Of a stretch of 64,000 nucleotides of DNA, positions 21,643-31,693 are shown in pieces (the stretch's first letter is position 1; each line of letters begins with the position of its first letter). The notes under the pieces were generated by a model. It did not search any database. It worked only from the letters and a program-made list of their open reading frames with translations, and had not been told where the DNA came from. This DNA comes from Epithemia pelagica. Taxonomy: Eukaryota > Protista > Bacillariophyta. Where the stretch lies: contig OX337239.1 of the NCBI GenBank assembly GCA_946965045.2, forward strand, positions 2,914,001 through 2,978,000, written 5' to 3'. A program made the position numbers and the translations under genes.

Positions 21643-24404
21643 TTATTTTAGAAGAAGTGCGCCACGAACTTTCTTTGGAGATTTATAGTGGACATGCTGA
21701 CTGTGCCGGAAATATTTTGCGAGACGATCTTCTGAGTTGTAGTAGGGTGGTAACTGGTACTCGTTTTTGGGAAGATATGGATGAATGGTTTGATCACGCC
21801 CTTGATACATGTAGAAATGGGCACGTGGATTGCCTTGGGCACTGGTCAAGAAGCCTCCGGCGTGAACAGTATCGCCTCGCATCATGAGGAACGTTCCATA
21901 GGGAACGTCGACCACCTCACCCAACTGATGCCTATTCTTCTTGTGGTCCTTGCGGTGCCGCCACAATTCTAAAGTCATTCCGTCCTCCGTCAGGGGCACA
22001 AAAACAGCAAATGGGACACGTTCTCGGAACGGCACTTTCTTTCGTCCCTTTCCACGAGTCTTGACGTTGCCTTGGGGTGTCCCTTTCTGTTCAGTCGAAC
22101 CCTGTTCCTCGTCCGGACTTGGCGTGACCACATCCCATTTGAAATCCAGATGTGGCTCTTGCACCTTTTCAAATGTGGTCTTGAGGAGCGACAGGTGGAT
22201 CTGGATACCTTCAGCAAAGGAGTCATCCTCTGCGTACTCCATGTCCACAAGGCCTTGAGCAAGAGTCTTCTTGAACGTTGCCACAATTTCAGCTACCCGC
22301 TTCTTCCCCCAGGGTGTGAATTCGTCATGTGCCACTAATCCTTCACCGTCAAACATGCGCATTTGGATTTGTGGGGTGTATTGTTGCACACCCCGCATTC
22401 TCTTCGAAATCTTGTCGTCCCCATGCTTCTCCGTTCCGAGAGACCAGAAAGCTCTGTCGGAGCGACCAAAAAACGTCCTCGTGGATCACCCTCATAATTG
22501 ATCAACAAGTGGCCATAGTTTTTATTCAGTTCTTTTGCTTTCTCTGCCGGATTTGGTTCCTCCTCAACCGCTTCCACCTGGTGAGAGTCCTCCGGACTGG
22601 GGTTTTGATTGAGTATCGGGGCGTCATATGGAATGCTTGGTTGTGGCTGAACCTGCCCGTATCCTTCATAAGGGAGCTGCCCCTGAGCCACCAAGACATG
22701 GGGCCGATGATGCTCATCATAGAAATGCCCGGGCGTGTAGTGGGAATGTGGAGGATGATGGTATGGTGGACTGTGGTACTGAGGATGATGGTGTGGTTGA
22801 AGGTGGTGTATTTGCGGAGAATTGTAGTGGTGCTGTTGAGTGGCAACATCATGAGGAACAGCAGCGGCGGGAACAGGATGGTGCAGTTGAAGGTCGTGCG
22901 GTTGGTAGTGCTGTTGAATGGCAACATCAGGAGCAGCAGCGGCGGGAACAGGATGGTGCAGTTGAAGGTCGTGCGGTTGGTAGTGCTGTTGAGTGGCAAC
23001 ATCATGAGGAACAGCAGCAGCGGGAACAGGATGGTGCAGTTAAAGGTCGTGCGGTTGGTAGTGCTGTTGAATGGCAGCATCAGGAGCAGCAGCGGCGGGA
23101 ACAGGATGGTGCAGTTGAAGGTCGTGCGGTTGGTAGTGCTGTTGAATGGCAACATCAGGAGCAGGAGCATTACCACCAGAACCACCCATCTTCATCTTCT
23201 TCACCTTCTTCGGAGAATCATCCTGGCTGGATCGACCTCGCTTCTTCTGCACATCCTCATCAGGCTCCTCACCGCCTTCCTTTGAGGCTGCGATCGTCTT
23301 GGTGTCCGAGCTAAGGTTGTAGAATAAAAACAGCTCGTCCCCCTCCGCGATCTCCTTGATCACACGAACTAGCAGATTCTTGTCGATACGCACGTTGTAG
23401 TCCTTGTGTGCTTCGTCAGGTCCTTCTTCTGTATCGTAGAGGTGATACTGGGGATCATTCATCAAATGAAACCCCATGAAAAAGAAATCCTCGTTGTCGG
23501 CTTGAACGATGCGTTCTCCGTGCTCTCCAAACTGAATTGCGTACTCGGTCCGACCGACGGTCCGAGAGGTGATATCCAACCCTGCATACACACCAATCAC
23601 CTCACCTACTTTGTGCTCTTGTACAGAAAAAAGACCAAACCCGGGGCCTTCTTTTCCCTCTTCAGCCTTGAGGCCCGACTTCTTGACTGTGAAGATGTGT
23701 TTTGTCCCCAGCATAATCTTGAAGATCGGATCATTCTTGAGGGAGAAGCTGAACTGTCGAAACTTGAGGCACGAGTTGTTTCGAGTTTGCTTGGTTGGGA
23801 TCCCAATCCCAACGGACTTGGGCACAACTTCCCCAACTTCCAGTCCGTAGTCATTTTTCTTGGGGGCCGTATTAGAGTTCTTGATGCCTGTGCCTGATTT
23901 GCGAATGGGCGCATCTGTCACCGAAAATGTGACGCCAATCTTCTTTGCCACAAACACTCCGTATGCGTTGATCAGCACAGTGCCATCCTTGATCGAAGTG
24001 GACAGAAACTTCAGTCCTCGGATGAAATTGTCCCATGGATCCCGTCCATAGGCCTTGACTTTCTTTACTGCAGCGACAGCCTCCGCATAATCCTTTTTCC
24101 GTTGCTCGCTGAGGCGCTGTTTCAAAGCCGACGCCGAGTCCGTGTATGCATTGTCGTCCTTTAGCTTGCCGCGACGACTGTCTGCATGCTTTTTCTCGTT
24201 GACTTTATGGAGGTCTTCGTCTGTAAGAAACCGATGGCTTGCTCTCGCTTCTTCTGTTGCTGCCATTGTTGCTTCGTCTGCTGCTGCCATAGGTGATGGT
24301 GAATGTGGCTCCGACTCCGCCTCCGAGGCAGCAACTGCAACATGAGCAAGCGCCTTAAGACGCGATTCAGATTGACTTTGTGTTTTCATTGTTCTCCTCT
24401 CCAT
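21643..24404 (-). pseudogene. SET-domain plus His/Gln repeat linker plus 2OG-Fe(II) dioxygenase fusion gene (~920 codons; one nonsense codon, one homopolymer frameshift)
   Basis: SET motifs GFGLF...GEVIGVYAG...FHLMND...IAEGDELFLFYN (~23316-23665). DSBH motifs PHLDF...FAVFVPL...RGDTVHAGG...GNPRAH (~21800-22160). ORFs 23040..24404 and 22335..22694 are in the same frame, separated by a CAA>TAA change in one repeat copy. One extra base in the A6 run at 22468-22473 joins the oxygenase frame. Confidence 0.75.
22830..23163. repeat. Coding tandem repeat, alternating 75/78-bp units (~4.4 copies)
   Basis: GGGAACAGG at 22869, 22944, 23022 and 23097; the minus strand encodes QQHYQPHDLQLHHPVPAAAAPDVAI-like units. 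Confidence 0.9.
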
Positions 24405-24842
24405 CTTTTTGTAGAGTAGGGGTTTCTCAGAGAGTCTTGGGTTTTCGAGCGTTTCTCAGACAGAGAGCGTTCGTCATTGCCTGGTCTGCAGACCACTTGA
24501 CAAAAAAACAAATCAGACCACACTTGGAAAAAATCTTTCGATTCAACGGGAATACGGTTAAAACGTCAAATTTTGTTACATATTTCATTATGTTTAGAAC
24601 ATTCTTGTCGTTTAATGAAGGCGGGCGGGCATGCGGAACACGCGCTTTTGTAGCGACTGCTCCACAAAAACTACATCTTCCCTCCAACACCGTTCCACAG
24701 TTCATTCAACAATCAACCATGTGCTTGCTTGCAAGTCGAAAAGATGCTTTTGACCGCTAATGGAGATTGGACACACAAACAGCAATTCTCAATAACCTCT
24801 TAGAAACTTGAGAAGACCAAAACGCACGAGAACGATACAGCA

Positions 24843-27800
24843 ATGGAACCACCGCCGCCGAGGCCTAAGTCATGTGGTTTGGGGATTGGATCGAGATGTT
24901 TCATGAGGCGTGGAGACATCCCATGCATTATTGTTGAAGCAGTCGAATTTCATAAGTGGATGGTCGCTGGAGTGGACGAAAGAGGAAATCTAACAGAGCT
25001 AAGAAATGAACGCTCTTCCCCACAGCTTCGATTCCCCAAGAAAGATGAAGGTTTTCCTGGACAACCAGATCCAGTTGCAGCAACCGGACCTCGACCTACG
25101 ATCTCAACAACAACCACAGTATCAAATACTCCAGTTCCAGCCAAAACCGCAGCAAGGACAATGACAACGGCATCGAGGACAGCAACATCCACGTCAATGC
25201 CAACGGCAACCACGACAACGACAACGAGCGCGACAACAAGCGCGACAACGAGCGCGACAACGAGCGCAACGAGCGCGACAACGAGCGCAACAACGACAAC
25301 GAACACCCCAGTCGAGACGACAGCAAGGCCGACGGCAGCGGCATCGACAGCAGGAACAACCACACCAATGCAATCGGTAATGACAACGACTGCTGCACCA
25401 ACGACCACGGCAACGACCACTGCAACAACCACTGCAACGACCGCAGCAACGACAACGACTTCAGAGGCTCCTCGCACTGTTGGTGGAGTGATATCAACAG
25501 ATGTAAGCGACGATGAAGAAATTGAAGTTTTGGCACAAGCGGCGATCCTGGACAACGCTCAAGGTCAAGATGCACCTCCGAACAATCAGAACAACCCACC
25601 AACGACCAGGCAAAATGATGATGAAGATAGTGACAACGAACATGAAGATCAGGATGAAGATGCAGCTGCCGATGAAGAACTCGAAGAAGATGTACCCGTG
25701 GAACTTGTCTATGATGACGAGGATGACAGAGCTGAACAAGAACAAGCACAAGCACGCCAATTGGCTTTCGGGGCTTTGGTTGAAAGAGACGAAGATTGTC
25801 ACAGGCATAAAAATGGAGCAATACAAGCTTACCAAAGACCATCTTATTGAAAGCAACTGGACCGTAGTCGTCAAGCCTCCCAAGAAAAAAGGAATCGACA
25901 TTGGAGATCGAGTTCACAAGAATGGCAACAATGCTCAATGGGGAACAGTTGTCGACGGGAAGAAGAATCCAGTGGCAAAAGGAAACCTATGGACTGTGCT
26001 TTTTGACGGAGAGAGTGAGCCAACGACCGATTTAACGGGTCAACAGCTACGAAGGAAAGAGGACAAAAGAAGATTTGAGTGGAAGATAGTCGAGGATTCA
26101 TCGCCGGATCATCCAGTGTCGGACTATGAGAAGAATGCAATCGTTGGCTACAACTTCGGCAAAAGGATGAGTAAAAGTGAAATAAGCCACGAGAATGAAA
26201 AATACTCCTTTCCATTTCTTGACTTGTTGATGCACTTCTGGCCAGGTAAGTCAGCACTACTCTTTGTTTCTACATCGCAGAAGTTCAACAGTCTCACTTT
26301 CTTGCAATCGGCCTCTGTACAGGGAACTGGCAAAATCAGTTGAGAGTCCTTAATCTTAGTTTAGATCGATTGAATCAAAAGCGTGATAAAAAGAAGAAAA
26401 TTCGAATGGTTACGGAAGGCGAGTGGTGGAAAGTTTGGGGGATTATTGTCGCGGCAAGTCCCCTTGGTGTAGGAGGAAAGGCTCTTTTCCAGGATCCTAG
26501 CACTCGTCGGTTATCACCACATGTAAATCTTGGAACGAAAGGCGAAAACATCATGACAGAGAGTAGGTTCAACGACATTAAGACGCATCTCTATCATGCC
26601 TTCAGGGGGACGGATCCGAATGACAAATGGAATGAAATCCGTCCCCTGACTGATGGGTTCAATGAGAACCGCCGACTAATAATTGCGTCGTCCGTGGTTC
26701 AAGTGCTTGACGAGTCGATGAGTGCGTTTCGACCACGAACGACCAAGCAATCTTTGTTGCCGCATATCTCATTTATTGCCCGCAAGCCCAAACCTCTTGG
26801 GACGGAGTTCAAGGTAAGCTAACACCAGACAGACAATGTTTTGAAGACTTAATGTGTCTGACCTTACTACCTTATTTCATTCACAGGTGGTCGCCGACAC
26901 CACGACAGGGTGTCTGACCCAACTTGAAATCCAAGAAGGAAGAGTCCCAATGCGGCGTAAGAAGTTTATCGCGAAGTCTGGTCCATCGGGCGGCTGCACA
27001 CTGCGGCTTGTCGAAGGTTCACAATACAGTGGACAGCTGTCAAGCGCACGCCACGAAGCTGGAAAGGCCTCCAAGCGCTACCTGTATTTAGGCGACTCCT
27101 GGTTTGGAAGTGTCCAGGTCGCTGAATGCCTCAAGTGTTCGTGGAGGGAACAGGACGATCGACGCAATCGCACTTCCTTTCCGTTCTACGTGGACAAAGA
27201 GAAAGGGCTGAACACGGATGGACATGAGTTCATTGGTGCTGTGAAGACAGCGCACTCATGGTTTCCCAAGAAACAGATCGAGAAGCAGATGAAGTCTTTT
27301 CCATCCGGAGCCTACCTTGTCATGGAGTGTACTGCCCCTGTCACTGGAGTGAAGCTCGTAGCGGTTGGGTACAAGTACAATACAAGGAAGGTTCTTCTCT
27401 TTGTCATGACCAAAGATGCCGGGCATACTCAACCGGGCGCACCATACATTGCTCGCTTCACAGATGTGTTTGGAAATATCAAGCAGCGGAGAGTCGAGCG
27501 TCCCGACTGTATTTCAAAATACTTTCGGCACGCCAATGCAATTGACCGGCACAATCACATCCGTCAGGGTCTTCTACGCCTCGAAGAACTATGGTTAACT
27601 AAAAATCCGTGGTTTCGGATTGTGACGACAGTCTTCGGTATGACGGTGGTTGATTGTTATCTTGCACTGCGTTTTCACATGCAAGTGGAACCTTTCCTGA
27701 ATACCTCAATCCACGACTTTGCGGATATTCTGGCTTATGACTTAATCAACAATCCATATTCCAAACGCAGTTCAGTTGAACGAAGAGCGGGTGTGCTTGA

Positions 27801-28200
27801 AAGCTTGCCAGTGACAAACAACCTTTCGGTGTGTACGGATGCCTCCGTAACTGTGCCATCCAGTGTTGGCCATACCTGTTCAAGCAGTATATCACCCGCG
27901 TCCGTATTTTCTGAGCTTACAATTGATTCGGTCGTTTGTCACAGCGTTGTTGAACAGGACAACGTTTCTTCATCAGACCAAAGAGGCATGAAGCGTAAAT
28001 GTGTTATTTGTAAGAATGACACGCGAACCATGTGTGGCCATCCACAATGCCGCATGTTCACCAAGACTTGGCGCTCAATAACCTACGTGGGAACACCAGT
28101 GTGCAAACCATCTGTGAGCATTCGATATGGGAAACAATGAACTTGTATCGAGCAGCACGCCATGAACTTTGCTGCGGCGAAAGGAGGAAATGCGACTTAA
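24843..28200 (+). pseudogene. piggyBac-like DDD transposase with a long N-terminal extension, two introns and a Cys-rich C-terminus
   Basis: Introns 26246-26322 and 26814-26886 (GTAAG...CAG) give continuous ...HFWPGNWQNQL... and ...GTEFK-VVAD.... Catalytic-like motifs VLDESM, GDSWFGSV, AIDRHN; C-terminal CVIC...CGHPQC...C..H. There is a +1 frameshift in the A5 run at 25809-25813 and a TGA at 28138 before TCIEQH. Confidence 0.82.
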
Positions 28201-28315
28201 TGAAACTTCTGTGTGCACAAGAACTACACTCATTCTACATGTTTGCGCCTCTCTACATATTATGAAATTAGGAAACCACCATGAATAAGAATACTAACTA
28301 TCATTTGTTACCCGC

Positions 28316-28888
28316 TTACGTGATTTTAACACTTTCCTGGTTGGGCCACGTCTCCGTTGCTTTGTCATAGAGCGACATGAATGCATTCATCCCAGTAAGA
28401 CTCATTCGCACAGTAATGATCATGGGTCCCATTGTCACCTTGGTATCCAAGGAGTGAGAGGTCTCAATGGTGAGTTCTCCTTTGACAAGGGACCCATTTT
28501 TGGAACGGAACTTCTTGGAGCGAATTTTGTTGTGAACCGATCCGACTGGGATGACGATGTCAGGCATCGAATCGTCCTTCTTGTCACGGCCAAACGCGCA
28601 AATTGATAGCATTCCACCGTTGGTACCATACCTGGAGCGCTGTAAAAGAATCACGCCTCGATCCACAACAAGTGTCCCCTTTTCTCCTTTCTCCCCGAGA
28701 GTGGCGTCTTGAAGGTGTACGTTCACGACCGCTTCACCGTAGATGGTTAAGCGGCTTCCTTGGAGCTCGATGTTGCTCCCCGTATCTTGTACGAGGTGAA
28801 AGCCGTTAGGAAGGAGAATCCGATTGCGCGATTCATTCTCGTGTTCGGACATTGTACTTCGATCCGTCCTAAGCATAGAGAGAATCAA
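28316..28888 (-). CDS. Hypothetical protein (190 aa), cargo inside the TIR element
   Basis: Uninterrupted ORF of globular, beta-rich composition; no motif recognised. Confidence 0.5.
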   Translation of the reverse strand: MILSMLRTDRSTMSEHENESRNRILLPNGFHLVQDTGSNIELQGSRLTIYGEAVVNVHLQDATLGEKGEKGTLVVDRGVILLQRSRYGTNGGMLSICAFGRDKKDDSMPDIVIPVGSVHNKIRSKKFRSKNGSLVKGELTIETSHSLDTKVTMGPMIITVRMSLTGMNAFMSLYDKATETWPNQESVKIT

Positions 28889-29354
28889 TGAGTCAAGGTT
28901 ATTGCCACCATTGTAAGCAATGATTTAGATGCCGCGGAACCACTTACTTCTACGCTCGTTTTGATTTGCAAACAAAAGCTCTTTCCTCAGGTGAGCACTT
29001 CATTCAGGTGGCCTATCGATTCTCTCCTCTCCTTCGGAAAAGCTCTTACGTCGTAAAATCGATTTCTCAGACGACATGTAGTAAACTTCATTTGATTTGG
29101 GGGAACGGTTGGGGACTTCCTACTATTGCCACTCGGGAGCAATTACGAAAGTGTGACAAGTTACTTAAGAAAATTTTCTTCCGTTGAGCGTTGAGCCGCA
29201 AGCCGGCTTCCCATACGAGATCCGATTTTATGGTGAGACGTCACATCAATCAAACATCAACGAGAGACAGAGCCGACAGCGACCTTCATAAAACGGCGTC
29301 AACGAGAAACACATCAAGAACAACTGCAACTACAACAACAAAAGCAACAACACA

Positions 29355-29753
29355 ATGTCACTCTATATCGACAAGCGCCGTGTTAGTGCGCGCCTTCAAA
29401 ACCGCACACACACAAGTGTTGTTCGAACCAGTGTGTCAAAATCTGCCGTGCGCCCAACTGAACAAGGTGCCCTCAAGAAAACCAAAATCAAGGCAGAGAC
29501 AGCAACCATTGGAAAGGCAGAATTGCTCTCGGAAGGATTGGATCAAGAATGTGGGGACAAAACCGTAGTTGTTCTTGGAACCGTTGAAGAATCAATCACC
29601 AAGATTCGCGACAATTTAGAGGAAGAAGGATTGAATGGTGGAGACAAGACTCCAGTACGCCACCTGAAAATCAAGTTTGCCGACGACCTTAGCCCAGTCA
29701 ACGAGGAGATCGAAAAGCCTGCATCACGTTTCTCAATAAATCTCGATGCGTAG
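29355..29753 (+). CDS. Hypothetical protein (132 aa), cargo inside the TIR element
   Basis: ATG-initiated ORF preceded by a CAA-rich leader; no motif recognised. Confidence 0.4.
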   Translation: MSLYIDKRRVSARLQNRTHTSVVRTSVSKSAVRPTEQGALKKTKIKAETATIGKAELLSEGLDQECGDKTVVVLGTVEESITKIRDNLEEEGLNGGDKTPVRHLKIKFADDLSPVNEEIEKPASRFSINLDA

Positions 29754-30023
29754 TGCTCAGACTGTATCCTCCCGTGGAACTGCTGTTGATAGCGATCTTT
29801 CTTTCGACTTTGCCGAGACCCAACAAGATGACTGCGAGATTCTTTACGACAACTACATGCAGTCCTAAACAACGTTGAACTAGATATAAATCAAAATAGC
29901 ATTGACTATTCTTCAACTTCCTTGAATCATCACTCAGAAGTCATAGAAACTTACGGATTCAAAGGGCAAACTACCAAATGGAAACACCACTTCCGTTGAT
30001 GGTCGCTACTAGGATAATAAACA

Positions 30024-30796
30024 CCATGGCACCTACGGTCAATCTGATACCTGGGTACTCTCAAGTAGGTCCTAAACTAAAATGCTACAAAGTAGGAGGG
30101 GCAGCGAGTCCATATGGAACGAGACGAGTAGCAACGTCCTTCGGTCTCGAAATGTTGTGTGCTACGTGCTACATCGGGAAAAATGCCTCCATCAATGGAT
30201 GGCACCTTCTCAATGACCATGGCACCTACGGTCAATCTGATACCTGGGTACTCTCAAGTAGGTTCTAAACTAAAATGCTACAAAGTAGGAAGGCAAGCGA
30301 AACAATATGGAACGAGACGAGTAGCAATGTCCTTCGGTCTCGAAATGTTGTGTGCTACGTGCTACATCGAGAAAAATGCCTCCATCAATGGATGGCCCAT
30401 TCTCAATGACCATGGCGCCTACGGTCAATCTGATACCTCGTTACGCTCAAGTAGGTCCTAAACTAAAATGCTACAAAAAAGGAGGGGCAGAGAATCAAGA
30501 TTGAACGAGACGAGTAGCGAAACTGACGATGAGGATCGATTGTGGTTCGTGTCGCGAGAGATGAAAATCCTCATCGATGGACGACTATTTTGCGATAACC
30601 ATGGCACCTACGATAGTTATGATAGTTGGTTTCACGAAGGTAGACCCTAAAGTAAAAGCCCTTCAAGTATGAACTGTAGAACTACCATATTGGAGCTTCG
30701 GCAGTACATCGAGTTACGGATGAAAATCTCGTTCCAACAAAAACGAGCCAAATTGAGCAGGGGTTTGTTTGCGCTATCACGCCCACCGATAGCCCA
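30024..30796 (-). repeat. Right TIR including ~2.8 copies of the 193-bp unit
   Basis: CATGGC(A/G)CCTACGGTCAATC at 30025, 30218 and 30411; ends ...CACCGATAGCCCA. Confidence 0.9.
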
Positions 30797-31693
30797 TATG
30801 ACCTGAAAGTGCTCTTTCTTACACTACGATAGACATATCGTAGGCACCATTTGATGGTAGGGCACGTAGTGGTCGACTTATAGTACCATCAATGTAGCGG
30901 CCAAAGGGCAATCTAGCGGCCATTACGTGGACAAAAAAAAATGACCCTACAATGGTGAGTTAGAACTCGATAACCATGGCCGCTATAGCAAAAGTGGTCC
31001 GCAGGGGCCGAGAGCTTTGTTTGAAGAAGACGTCGCTCGATATTGGGGCATGGGCGTCCTATATTGAGTGAGTTACGCTAGATGTCCATCATGGTCATTT
31101 GGCCGCTATTTTCGAGGTTTTGGCCGCCTCACCCGGCGCGGCACTACAGTAGCGCCGCCACCACTGCGTGAGTACGAGACCGTTCTGCCTCATTCATCTC
31201 AATGACATCTCAATGAACAAAGTAAGGTCTCAGTTATCGTCTCTCATGCTTTTAGAGAGTGCAAGAACAATGTCATCCATACCATCCAATAACTTAGATG
31301 ATGAAGCTATGAGGTCCTCTGGATGTGTTGTCATAGACAATGCTCGCTCCTAGTTGCTGGCTGTCTAGGGTTAGGGTTATTGCTTCGCCGTACAAAACCA
31401 CGGAGAGATTTTAGACCCTGTTTTAGACATTTTATACAGTCTACGAGTACTTTTAGATTTATTTTAGACCCGAAATATTTTAGACTGTCTAAACGGTCAC
31501 CCTGAATCGTCCCCTATCTCTAGCCGCGGGTTGACTCCCTATCTCACTCCCATCATTGTTTCACTTTGAGATCATTCAGTCTCCTGAAACTCACTGGGCG
31601 TAGAGCTGACTGGGCTTGAATCTGAAGGCTCTTTGGGCCGATCAGTACGAACTGTGTCTGCGATCCTCTAAAAGTCATATTTAAGTCCGAACG

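Larger units (their letters stand above)
20469..30796. mobile_element. 10.3-kb cargo-carrying DNA transposon with long foldback TIRs and a piggyBac-like transposase
   Basis: 20469-~21240 is the reverse complement of 30024-30796 with only scattered mismatches. TA flanks both ends (20467-68 and 30797-98). It encloses a DDD transposase gene and three other ORFs. Confidence 0.85.

Noticed and set aside
22329-23314. Plus-strand ORFs of 318 and 228 aa with repeats
   Set aside because: They are antisense shadows of the codon-periodic linker in the SET-oxygenase gene.
31365-31379. Telomere-like (TTAGGG)2, also near 45767
   Set aside because: Only about two units, which is expected by chance in 64 kb; no array.
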